Position numbers and translations under genes: made by a program. This document shows, piece after piece, positions 56,260 to 64,000 of a stretch of 64,000 bases of DNA. The stretch lies in assembly GCA_963813245.1 (NCBI GenBank), contig CAWEYE010000005.1, positions 114,588 to 178,587 of the forward strand, given 5' to 3'. The notes beneath the pieces are model-generated. The model did no database searches and was not told the origin of the DNA. It saw only the letters and a program-made list of their open reading frames with translations. Each line of letters opens with the position of its first letter. The stretch's first letter is position 1. This DNA comes from an uncultured Actinomycetes bacterium. Lineage in GTDB: Bacteria; Actinomycetota; Thermoleophilia; Gaiellales; JAICJC01.

Positions 56260-57219
56260 GTGAAGGCACTCATGTGGCACGGGGGCGCCGACCTCCGCTA
56301 CGGCGACGAGCCGGCCCCCGAGGCCGGCCCCGGTGCCGTCCCGTTCCGGGTGACACTCGCCGGGGTGTGCGGATCCGACCTGCATCCGTACCGCGGCCAT
56401 CACGGGCCGCGCACGCCGCCGCTCGTGCTCGGGCACGAGGCGATCGGCCGGGTCGACGGCGACGAGCACCGCTATGTCGTGTTCCCAATCGTGTCGTGCG
56501 GCGCGTGCCCGGCGTGCCTGCGCGGCGAGGAGAACCTGTGCGCGACGCGCGGCCTGCTCGGGCTCGACCGGCAGGGCGTGTTCGCCGAGACGGTGGCCGT
56601 CGACCCGCGCTCGCTGACACAGGTCCCCGCGGCCGTCGACGACCGCGTGGCCGTGCTCACCGAGCCGTTCGCCTGCGCGGTCTCCGCGCTGCGCTACGCC
56701 GGCGCCGCCCCGGGGCAGCACGTCCTCGTCGTGGGCGGCGGCCCGATCGGGCTCCTCACCACCTACGCCTGCGCGATCCAGGGGATCGAGGTCTCGGCCG
56801 TCGAGCCGGTCGCGAGCCGGCGCGCGCTCGCCGCCGAGCTCGGGGCGACCCGAGTGGCGGCGGCGGTCTCCGACGCGAGCCTGCCCGTGGCCGACATCGC
56901 CATCGACGCCGTCGGGATCGAGGCCACGTGGCAGGGCGCGATCGGCAAGGTGCGCACGGGCGGCTCGGTGACGGTCATCGGCCTCGGCCAGGCCGAGGGC
57001 GCGGTGGCCGTCGGCGACATGGTGCGGCGGGCGATCACGCTGCGCGGCCACTACGCCTACACACGGGCCGACTTCGACGCCGCCCTTGCCCTGCTGGCCG
57101 AGCATCCGCCCGGCCTGGACTGGGTGACGGTGATGCCGCTGCGCGACGGGGCCGAGGCCTTCCGCCGGCTCGTCGAGGAGCCGGCGGGGACGGTCAAGGC
57201 GCTGCTCGCGACGCCCTAG
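56260..57219 (+). CDS. Zinc-dependent alcohol dehydrogenase (MDR family)
   Basis: GVCGSDLH, GHEAIG, CGACPACLRGEENLC and VVGGGPIGLL. GTG 56260 lies inside track ORF 56077..57219. Confidence 0.9.
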   Translation: MKALMWHGGADLRYGDEPAPEAGPGAVPFRVTLAGVCGSDLHPYRGHHGPRTPPLVLGHEAIGRVDGDEHRYVVFPIVSCGACPACLRGEENLCATRGLLGLDRQGVFAETVAVDPRSLTQVPAAVDDRVAVLTEPFACAVSALRYAGAAPGQHVLVVGGGPIGLLTTYACAIQGIEVSAVEPVASRRALAAELGATRVAAAVSDASLPVADIAIDAVGIEATWQGAIGKVRTGGSVTVIGLGQAEGAVAVGDMVRRAITLRGHYAYTRADFDAALALLAEHPPGLDWVTVMPLRDGAEAFRRLVEEPAGTVKALLATP

Positions 57220-57854
57220 ATCAGGCCCTCGCGGACGGCCTGGGCAACCGCCTGTGAGCGCGTCTTGGCGTGGAGCTTGGTCGTGACGTCGTGCATCACG
57301 GCCTTGATCGTCCGCTCGCTGTAGCTCAGCCGCTCGGCCACCTCGCGGGTCGGCAGGCCGTCGGCGACGAGCCGCAGCACGTTGCGCTCGCGCGTCGTGA
57401 GCGCGGTCAGCGACAGGCCGCGCGGCTCGAGCACGTCGCGCGACACCACCGCCAGCGTGCGCAGCAGGCTGCCGAGCACGTCGGGCGGCAGGACGCCGGC
57501 GCCGGAGTGGACGGCGCGGACGCCGGCGGCCAGCGTCTCGGGCGTGAGCGTGTCCTTCGTCAGGTAGCCGCACGCGCCGGCCTGGACGGTGTCGAGCAGC
57601 CCGGGCTCGTCGAACGCCGCGGCGCAGATCAGCACCCGCGGCCGCCCGGCCGGGCGCAGCCGGCGCACGAACTCGCAGCTGCCCTCGACGTCGCCGTCGA
57701 GCACGACCACGTCCGCGCTCGCAAGGTTGGGATCGAGCTCCGCCGAGCGCGGCCCCTCGGCCTCCCACACCTCGTCGATCTCCGCAAGCGCGGCGAGGCT
57801 GGCCACGAGGCCTCGGCGGTAGATCGGATGTGGATCGATGATGTAGACCCGCAC
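57216..57854 (-). CDS. LuxR/NarL-family response regulator
   Basis: VRVYIIDPHPIYRRGL receiver domain plus C-terminal LTTRERNVLRLVADGLPTREVAERLSYSERTIKAVM HTH. GTG 57854. The longer track ORF extension is an artefact. Confidence 0.85.
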   Translation of the reverse strand: MRVYIIDPHPIYRRGLVASLAALAEIDEVWEAEGPRSAELDPNLASADVVVLDGDVEGSCEFVRRLRPAGRPRVLICAAAFDEPGLLDTVQAGACGYLTKDTLTPETLAAGVRAVHSGAGVLPPDVLGSLLRTLAVVSRDVLEPRGLSLTALTTRERNVLRLVADGLPTREVAERLSYSERTIKAVMHDVTTKLHAKTRSQAVAQAVREGLI

Positions 57855-57939
57855 GGCACCCCCACCGCACCGTTTGCTCAGTCGAGCCGCACGCGAGATA
57901 GTACGAAAGTCCAAGCGCCTTTGCAGACCCGGGGGACCC

Positions 57940-58278
57940 ATGCCCAACGTAGTGACCACGAACGACACCATCATGTGCATCCACGGCGGGACGGTCGTCC
58001 TCACGCCGAAGCAGACCGTCGTCATGGCCCAGGGCGGCGCCGTCCTGCGCGAGACCGACCTGATCGGCGCGCCCATCGTCGGCTGCGCCCAGCCGCCGAG
58101 CATCGCCAGCAAGCCCTGCACCACCGTGATCTCGACCCTCCCCGGCGGGAGCGCGCCCACGGTCCTGGTCGGTGGGCTGCCGGCGCACATCTCGACGCTC
58201 TCGGGCATCACCGACGGCGTCCCGCCGGGCACGATCATGGTGGCCGCGCCGGGCGCTCCGCTCGTCCAGGCGTCGTGA
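57940..58278 (+). CDS. Small Cys-containing protein, PAAR-like/DUF4280-like (tentative)
   Basis: MPNVVTTNDTIMCIHGGTVVLTP...IGAPIVGCAQPPSIASKPCTTV...VLVGGLPAHI...GTIMVAAPG. The pattern of short beta-strands with conserved C/G resembles DUF4280. GGGGGA precedes the ATG. Confidence 0.4.
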   Translation: MPNVVTTNDTIMCIHGGTVVLTPKQTVVMAQGGAVLRETDLIGAPIVGCAQPPSIASKPCTTVISTLPGGSAPTVLVGGLPAHISTLSGITDGVPPGTIMVAAPGAPLVQAS

Positions 58279-58299
58279 CCGCTACCCCGGGGAGACACG

Positions 58300-60522
58300 G
58301 TGGCTGATCAGCCCCGCCAGGTCGGCAGGTTCCAGATCGTCCGCGAGATCGGCCGCGGCGGCATGGCCGCGGTGTACCTGGCCCGCCAGACCGACCTCGA
58401 CCGCGACGTCGCGCTGAAGGAGCTGAACGCGTTCCACGCCGCCGATCCCGCCTTCGCCGAGCGGTTCGTGCGCGAGTCGCGGGTCGCGGGCTCGATGCAG
58501 CACCCGAACATCGTGACGGTGTACGAGTTCCTGAACGAGAACGGGACGCCCTACATCGCGATGGAGTACCTCGAGCGCGGCTCGCTGCGCCCGTACGTGG
58601 GCCGGACGACGCTGGCGCAGACGATCGGCGTGCTCGAGGGCGCCCTGGCCGGCCTGGCCCAGGCGGAGCGGCGCGAGATCGTGCACCGCGACATCAAGCC
58701 CGAGAACCTGATGGTGACCTCCGACGGCGAGGTGAAGATCGCCGACTTCGGCATCGCGAAGGCGCTGACCGACGCGGGCGGGCCGAACCTCACGGCCACG
58801 GGCACCACGGTCGGCACGCCGGCCTACATGGCACCGGAGCAGGCCACGGCGGGCGACGTGGGGCCGTGGACCGATCTGTACTCGGTCGGGATCACCGCCT
58901 ACGAGATGACCGTCGACCGGGTGCCGTTCCACGACTCGACGACGCCGGTGGCCGTGCTCATGCGCCAGGTGAGCGAGGAGATCCCCTCGGCCGTGTCGGT
59001 CAACCCGAGCGTCGACCGGCGCTTCTCGGACTGGATCGACCGGCTGCTCGTCAAGGACCCGGCCAAGCGCACCCAGAGCGCCCGCCAGGCCTGGTACGAG
59101 CTCGAGGAGATCGCCGTCGCCGCCCTCGGGCCGCTGTGGCGGCGCGAGGCCCGCCTGCTCGTGTCGGGCACCGACCGGGCGGCCGGCCCGCTGACGCCGG
59201 CGCCGTTTGACCGCGCGACGCCGCCCGCCCAGGAGGCGAGCGCAGGCTACGAGACCTACCTGGGCGAGTCGCCCGCGGCGGCCCCACCGCCGCCGCCCCC
59301 GCCACCGCCGCCCGTGCAGCCGCCCGCCACGCTCGAGGGCCAGCCGCTCCAGCCCGTCCCGGCCGCCGCCGGGGGGCAGGCGACGGTCGCCCCGGCCGCC
59401 GCGGCCGCCGCAGCCGCGGCGGGCACCCCCGGTGCGGGCGAGACCTTCCAGTGGCCGGCCGCCGGCGGCGGCCGCAGCCGGATGCTGATCGTGGTCGCGG
59501 TCGTCCTGATCGCCGCGATCGCCGCGGGCGCCTTCTTCTGGAGCAAGTCAGGCGGATCCGGGTCGGCTGCGAAGACCACGACGACCACGAAGCACCACAC
59601 GCAGACGACCCACCCGCCGGCCCTGCCGACTGTGGCCGCGGTGCCCGCGCAGTTCCAGGCGGGCAAGCTCCAGAGCGTGGCGCCGTTCGCCGGTCACGCG
59701 TGGGCGCTCGACCACAAGAAGCCGCGCCGGATCGTCGACCTGCAGGGGGCAACCACGGGGTCGATCCCCGCCGGCAAGGGCGCCGCGAATCTGGCGAGCG
59801 GCGAGGGCGCGCTGTGGGTGAGCGCCCAGACTCCGACCGGCGGCGAGGTGCGCCGGTTCGTGCCGGGGTCGACCGCGCCGCCGTCGGCGCCGATCCCCTA
59901 CCCCGGCCACCCCGCGCCCGCGCGCGTGGTCGTGAGCGCGGGCACGATCTGGCAGCCGACGAACCAGGGCCTGCTCAAGATCTCCGAGCAGGGCGGCGCG
60001 CCGGTGGCGGTGAAGGGGATCAACTTCACGCCGGCCTCGCTCGAGCTCGAGGCCGGGTTCATCTGGGCGACGGACGGCAAGGGCAAGCTCGCCCAGGTGC
60101 CCGTGACGACCCCGCAGCCCGTGGCGACCATCGTCCCGCTCCCCGGCGCGGGCTGGATCACGGGCGACAGCAAAGCGGTGTACGTCGTCAGCTCGACCGG
60201 CGTCATGAAGGTGGATCCGGCCGCTCCGACGACGCAGACGCCCGTGAGCGGCATCACGACGCCGCCGGTGCGGATCGCGGTCGTGGGCGACTTCCTGTGG
60301 ACGGCCACGTACGGGCCGCCGGCGGCGGGCGTGCGCATCGGCACGCTCGAGGGCTACGACCTCGTCCACCCCGGCAAGCAGACGGTGCCGTTCGCCTTCA
60401 AGACCGAGGCGAAGGGCGCGTACGTGACCAAGCTGGTCGCGATCAACAATGCGTTCTGGCTGACCGCGCTCGGACCCGACGGCAAGTCGGTCGGCCTCGA
60501 GCCGTTCACCATCACGGGCTGA
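58300..60522 (+). CDS. Transmembrane Ser/Thr protein kinase with Pro/Ala-rich linker and large extracellular domain
   Basis: GRGGMAAVYLA...ALK, HRDIKPENL, DFGIA and GTPAYMAPE. One TM helix (MLIVVAVVLIAAIAAGAFFW), then ~300 aa of extracellular beta-rich sequence. Confidence 0.93.
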   Translation: MADQPRQVGRFQIVREIGRGGMAAVYLARQTDLDRDVALKELNAFHAADPAFAERFVRESRVAGSMQHPNIVTVYEFLNENGTPYIAMEYLERGSLRPYVGRTTLAQTIGVLEGALAGLAQAERREIVHRDIKPENLMVTSDGEVKIADFGIAKALTDAGGPNLTATGTTVGTPAYMAPEQATAGDVGPWTDLYSVGITAYEMTVDRVPFHDSTTPVAVLMRQVSEEIPSAVSVNPSVDRRFSDWIDRLLVKDPAKRTQSARQAWYELEEIAVAALGPLWRREARLLVSGTDRAAGPLTPAPFDRATPPAQEASAGYETYLGESPAAAPPPPPPPPPPVQPPATLEGQPLQPVPAAAGGQATVAPAAAAAAAAAGTPGAGETFQWPAAGGGRSRMLIVVAVVLIAAIAAGAFFWSKSGGSGSAAKTTTTTKHHTQTTHPPALPTVAAVPAQFQAGKLQSVAPFAGHAWALDHKKPRRIVDLQGATTGSIPAGKGAANLASGEGALWVSAQTPTGGEVRRFVPGSTAPPSAPIPYPGHPAPARVVVSAGTIWQPTNQGLLKISEQGGAPVAVKGINFTPASLELEAGFIWATDGKGKLAQVPVTTPQPVATIVPLPGAGWITGDSKAVYVVSSTGVMKVDPAAPTTQTPVSGITTPPVRIAVVGDFLWTATYGPPAAGVRIGTLEGYDLVHPGKQTVPFAFKTEAKGAYVTKLVAINNAFWLTALGPDGKSVGLEPFTITG

Positions 60523-61276
60523 GCGCCTGGTAGAAACGGGTCACCTCGGCCGCTTCATCAAACCCCAGACGGCGATAGATCCGCCGACCCGCGGCGCTTG
60601 CGTCGAGGCCGGCCTGCGCGGCTCCCGCAGCCCGGGCGGCGTGCAGCGCCGCGGATGTCATCGCCAGGCCGACGCCGCGCCGGCGCCAGCCCGGATCGGT
60701 GTTGACGAACATGACGCGAGCGTACGCACCGAACGCGCCCCAGCCCGATGTCCCCCGCACCACCCCGCCGGCATCGACGGCGGCCATCAGCCGAAACGCC
60801 GGCGGCAATGATCTCAGGTACCCTGCGAACACCTCCGGCGCGTCCTCGATGCCCGGATCGGCCCGCATCGCCGCCGCAACCGCGTCGGCCAACGCCACAC
60901 CTTCAGGCGCGTCGCCGGCGAGGCGTCGCACCGGCCACAGCGCGAGCGCGTCGGGCAGCCGAGCGCCGGGCACCGTACCCAGGTCCTGGCACGTCATCGC
61001 CGTCGCCTCGCCGTTCCGCCACGCCAACCCGCCGACGAGCAGCTCGCGGCATCGCGCCGCCGCAGCGAACACGGTGATGCTGCCCGCGGCGAGGTCGGGG
61101 AGGATCGCTCCGAGCGCACCGTGGGCGCGATCGTCCGTCACCAGCAGCCGGGCGAACGGGTCATCGCTCGAGGGGAGCAGCCCATGCAGGCCCGGCGTCT
61201 CGACCTGCGGCCGCTCGTTCCGCCGCAACGGATCGCACCGTGCCAGGAACGACCCGACGTAGACGTCGACCGCCAA
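60512..61276 (-). CDS. GNAT family N-acetyltransferase
   Basis: C-terminal VMFVNTDPGWRRRGVGLAMTSAAL...RIYRRLGF (acetyl-CoA motif A). TTG start. Its 3' end overlaps the kinase 3' end by 11 nt. Confidence 0.65.
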   Translation of the reverse strand: MAVDVYVGSFLARCDPLRRNERPQVETPGLHGLLPSSDDPFARLLVTDDRAHGALGAILPDLAAGSITVFAAAARCRELLVGGLAWRNGEATAMTCQDLGTVPGARLPDALALWPVRRLAGDAPEGVALADAVAAAMRADPGIEDAPEVFAGYLRSLPPAFRLMAAVDAGGVVRGTSGWGAFGAYARVMFVNTDPGWRRRGVGLAMTSAALHAARAAGAAQAGLDASAAGRRIYRRLGFDEAAEVTRFYQALSP

Positions 61277-61282
61277 CCGGGG

Positions 61283-62800
61283 TCAGCGCAGGAGCTGGCG
61301 GGCGGCGTCGAGCTGGAGCTGGTAGCGGCCCCGGTACTGGGCGGCCGGGCGCTCGATGTCGGCGATCCAGTCGCCGTAGTGGTTGGGATCGTGGCCGAAT
61401 CCGGCGACGCCCTCGCGCAGCCGCGTCGCCTTGAGCGTCTGGGCCTCGTCGATGAACCAGCGCAGCTGCAGGCGCGGGTCCTTGGGGAAGCCCGCGTACT
61501 TGCCGTGATCCCAGATCGACGTGCGCATCTGGAAGAACCCGAGCGAGTCGCGGTCGCCGTAGTTGTCGTTCTTGAGCCCCGACTCGACGAGGGCGGCCAT
61601 CACCGGCAGCTCGCGCGGCAGGCCGGCCCGCTGGGCGGCGTCGCCCATCCAGGCCGCGATCGCGCTGCGGGGGGCGTGATCGCCCGGGTAGGCGCCGATG
61701 ATCGCGTCGAGCGCCCCGGCGCCGGCGCCGTGTGCGGCGTCGATTGCGGGAGGCACGGCGGCGATGCTGCCGATGGTCGAGTGCACGCCCGCCGAGTTGG
61801 GGGCAAGGGCCGGCGCCGGCGGGGCGGGCGAGCCGGCAACGGCGCTCATGCCGAGCGTCCCGGAGGCGGGTGCAGGCGCGGGCGCCGGGGTGCCGGCCGC
61901 CGCCACCGCCGGCATGCCGACCCCCGCGGGCGCGTCGGGCACCACCCGGCGCGCGCCCATGAAGTACGGCTTGAAGACGTCGACCGACTCGTACTCGACG
62001 TGCCCGCCCGTGTGCGGGGCGGCGATGACCTGGCCGTGGCCGGCGTAGATGACGACGTGGGTGGCGCCTGCGCCCGGGCCCTCGAAGTTCGAGAAGATCA
62101 GATCGCCGGGCTTGAACTGGCCCCACGCGACGGCGTGGCCCTCCTTGACCTGGTCCCAGGTCGTGCGGTCGAGGTTCACGCCGATCTGCTTGTAGCAGTA
62201 CTGCACGAGCCCGGAGCAGTCGAACCCGCCGGGGCTCGAGCCGCCCCAGACGTACGGCGTGCCGATGTACTTGGAGGCGATGTGGACGACGTGCTGGCCG
62301 GCGTCGAGCTGGGTGTGGTCGACGGCCGCGGCCGCCTCGGCCATGACGCCGGGGCCGGTGCCGACCGCGGGCAGCGCGGCCGCCGGCGCGGGCGCCCCTG
62401 CCCCGACCAGGCCCTCGGCCGCGTGCGCGCCCGCGGCATGGCCGGCCGGGGCGTGCTGGCCGGCCTTGTCGACCGCCTGACGCGCGATCTCGGCGACGTC
62501 GCCGCCCAGGTGCGTGCGCATGTGCTCGGCGAACTGGTACACGGCCGCGCCCTCGGCCGCCGCGGCCATCAGCAGGCCGGCGAGGCTCGACTTCGACTCG
62601 CGGATCTCGAGCGTCTGCGCCGCAGCCCCCGCTCCCGAGAACTCGGCCGCAGCCTCGTCGAGGCCGGCCGCGAGGCAGGCGCCCGAGGGGTCGCGCCGGA
62701 AGGTGCGGCGGAAGTCCGGGTCGCTCAGGAGCCGCTGCAGCACCTCGACCGCGCGGGCGTTCTGGTCGCCGCTGGGAGTGGGCCGGGCCGCCTCAGACAC
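61283..62800 (-). CDS. Bifunctional-looking peptidoglycan hydrolase: NlpC/P60 endopeptidase + SLT-like transglycosylase domain, with a leader-peptide-like N-terminus and no Sec signal
   Basis: NlpC/P60: YIGTPYVWGGSSPGGFDCSGLVQYCY...THVVIYAGHG. C-terminus: ALVESGLKNDNYGDRDSLGFFQMR (E-S...S-x-G-x-x-Q). N-terminus: VEVLQRLLSDPDFRRTFRRDPSGACLAAGL. Confidence 0.82.
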   Translation of the reverse strand: MSEAARPTPSGDQNARAVEVLQRLLSDPDFRRTFRRDPSGACLAAGLDEAAAEFSGAGAAAQTLEIRESKSSLAGLLMAAAAEGAAVYQFAEHMRTHLGGDVAEIARQAVDKAGQHAPAGHAAGAHAAEGLVGAGAPAPAAALPAVGTGPGVMAEAAAAVDHTQLDAGQHVVHIASKYIGTPYVWGGSSPGGFDCSGLVQYCYKQIGVNLDRTTWDQVKEGHAVAWGQFKPGDLIFSNFEGPGAGATHVVIYAGHGQVIAAPHTGGHVEYESVDVFKPYFMGARRVVPDAPAGVGMPAVAAAGTPAPAPAPASGTLGMSAVAGSPAPPAPALAPNSAGVHSTIGSIAAVPPAIDAAHGAGAGALDAIIGAYPGDHAPRSAIAAWMGDAAQRAGLPRELPVMAALVESGLKNDNYGDRDSLGFFQMRTSIWDHGKYAGFPKDPRLQLRWFIDEAQTLKATRLREGVAGFGHDPNHYGDWIADIERPAAQYRGRYQLQLDAARQLLR

Positions 62801-62809
62801 GACCGCAGC

Positions 62810-64000
62810 CTAGCGGTCGCGCCGCATCATGAGCGGCTTGCCGACCGAGATCACGATGGGAAGGAAGAGCATGGCGTAGAAGATCCCGAACAGTGCCCAT
62901 ACGACCGCTCGATTGCCCGCCAGCGCGACCAGCACGTGGTAGTAGCGGGTCGAGACAAGTATGGCAAAGCAGGCGCAGCCCAGCAACCAGCCGAGGGCGG
63001 CGACGGCATAGAGATCGGCCGACCGCGAGAGGCCGGGAGGCACCGGCCGCCCCGCCAGGCGCAGCTGCAGCCGCTGCCGCGACCGCGCCCGCAGGCCGGG
63101 CTGGCGCAGCAGGTCGACCAGGATGTGATAGCCGTCGCGGTCGAGGAGCGGGTTCAGGTTGAAGAGCCCGCCGATGTAGGCGCCGAGCGCGATCTGGAAC
63201 GCGATGTCGGCGCCGGTGCCGTGCCCGAGCGTCGTCACGATCGCCGCCGCGCCCGCGACGATCAGGTCGGTGGCCGGGCCGGCGGCGCTCACGGCGATGC
63301 GGCGGCGGCGGGGCTCGAACCACGCATCCGAGGTGTCGACGAACCCGAACGGGAAGATCAGGATCAGCTTCACCCCGGCCCGGCGGACGCGGCGGCCGAA
63401 CGAGGCGACGGCGAGCCCGTGCCCGATCTCGTGCAGCGAGACGGCCGCAAGCCGGCCGGCGAGGAACACGGCCGCGCCCCAGCCGAGGTGGTCGGCGACG
63501 ACGAACGGCGTCACGTGCTGGAAGAGCGCGAGGCGCAGGAACGCCACGAAGCCGACGGCCGCGATCGTGCCGAGCACGGCGAGCCCCGGCGCCGAGAAGA
63601 ACAGCCAGCCGCCGTAGCGGTAGACGGCCTGGAAGACGGCGTCGGGGTTCTGAAACGCCCACTCGCGCGGCTTGAACATGCGCTCGAGCAGGCCGGGATC
63701 GTGCTCGAAGGGGTCGTAGGCGTCGCCGGTCTGCTCGAGCAGGCCGTGCTCGCCGAGGTCGGCCAGGAGCCGCGCGAGCCGGGGCGGCCCGGCGGCGCCC
63801 TGGTCGCGCTCGCTCGCGGCCAGCAGATCCTCGAGCGAGGCGCCGGCGGCCAGCACCTGCACCAGGGACGCCTCGGCATCGCCCATGCGCAGGTACTTGG
63901 CCCCGTCCTCGTCGCGCAGCACCCAGCGCTGGTCGCCCTCGTCCTCCTCGAGCTGCTTGAGCGCGCACCCCGGCCGCAGCCGCGGCCGCGACGAGACGTG
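62810..64000 (-). CDS. M50-family membrane zinc metalloprotease with N-terminal PqqD/RRE-like domain (5' end outside the window)
   Basis: HEIGH zinc motif in a TM helix, multiple TM segments and NLNPLLDRDGYH. The frame stays open upstream of the track start to position 64000 (...RPRLRPGCALKQLEEDEGDQRWVLRDEDGAKYLRMGDAEASLVQVLAAGASLEDLL). Confidence 0.78.
   Translation of the reverse strand, partial: HVSSRPRLRPGCALKQLEEDEGDQRWVLRDEDGAKYLRMGDAEASLVQVLAAGASLEDLLAASERDQGAAGPPRLARLLADLGEHGLLEQTGDAYDPFEHDPGLLERMFKPREWAFQNPDAVFQAVYRYGGWLFFSAPGLAVLGTIAAVGFVAFLRLALFQHVTPFVVADHLGWGAAVFLAGRLAAVSLHEIGHGLAVASFGRRVRRAGVKLILIFPFGFVDTSDAWFEPRRRRIAVSAAGPATDLIVAGAAAIVTTLGHGTGADIAFQIALGAYIGGLFNLNPLLDRDGYHILVDLLRQPGLRARSRQRLQLRLAGRPVPPGLSRSADLYAVAALGWLLGCACFAILVSTRYYHVLVALAGNRAVVWALFGIFYAMLFLPIVISVGKPLMMRRDR

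Noticed and set aside
56107-58188. 693-aa minus-strand ORF spanning the Zn-ADH, response regulator and small-protein region
   Set aside because: Arg/Pro/Gly-rich and overlaps three better-supported genes in other frames.
57855-58298. N-terminal 147-aa extension of the response-regulator ORF (track ORF 57216..58298)
   Set aside because: The extension has artefact-like composition and overlaps the + strand DUF4280-like gene. GTG 57854 gives a complete receiver domain starting VRVYIIDPHP.
59270-59460. Repetitive CCG/GCC-rich DNA that could be mistaken for a tandem repeat or array
   Set aside because: It encodes the Pro/Ala-rich linker (PPPPPPPPPPVQPP...AAAAAAAAG) of the Ser/Thr kinase between the kinase domain and the TM helix. 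This is low-complexity coding sequence, with no spacer/repeat structure.
1-64000. Search for rRNA, tRNA, CRISPR arrays, transposases and prophage genes
   Set aside because: None recognised by eye in intergenic regions or translations. A tRNA/ncRNA scanner should still be run because manual detection in GC-rich DNA is unreliable.

Overview
Very GC-rich, densely coding chromosomal segment of actinobacterial type, with many leaderless or overlapping starts and GTG/TTG starts. I found no rRNA, tRNA, CRISPR array, transposase or integrase. Most long ORFs in the six-frame track are Arg/Pro/Ala-rich antisense or off-frame artefacts of the GC content. I kept about 60 genes whose translations look like real proteins.

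Gene content, left to right:
- 1-7.8 kb: a LacI-controlled sugar/inositol locus (ABC solute-binding protein and ATPase, LacI, TIM-barrel isomerases, iolC, iolB) with a perfect LacI-type operator.
- 7.9-14.2 kb: a c-di-GMP block (PAS-GGDEF-EAL, membrane GGDEF-EAL, membrane HD-GYP).
- 14.2-21.2 kb: an amine-dehydrogenase electron-transfer module (dimethylglycine/sarcosine dehydrogenase-like enzyme, EtfB, EtfA, EtfD-like membrane Fe-S oxidoreductase, GntR).
- 21.2-24.8 kb: a serine hydrolase, a Cys/His peptidase-like protein and glucokinase.
- 24.8-35.1 kb, the most interesting locus: a patatin lipase divergent from a translationally coupled 5-gene operon. The operon encodes a fatty-acid alpha-dioxygenase/COX-like haem enzyme and a DyP peroxidase. 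It is followed by a catalase-related haem protein and flanked by three paralogous small membrane proteins. I read this as a candidate bacterial oxylipin / lipid-hydroperoxide system.
- 37.4-40.8 kb: an MshEN (c-di-GMP receptor) domain fused to a GT2 glycosyltransferase, plus a tandem HD-GYP protein.
- 42.9-57.2 kb: a second sugar ABC transporter and a large orphan catabolic cluster, sharing a thrice-repeated promoter/operator element.
- 57.2-64 kb: a LuxR response regulator, a PAAR/DUF4280-like protein and a Ser/Thr kinase. These are followed by an RRE-like M50 protease next to an NlpC/P60-SLT wall hydrolase with a leader-peptide-like N-terminus.

A striking technical or biological anomaly: 23 genes-worth of reading frames are broken by apparent single-base insertions. 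Every one is a +1 shift, and they fall in three blocks (17.9-22.0, 38.3-39.3 and 43.5-47.9 kb).
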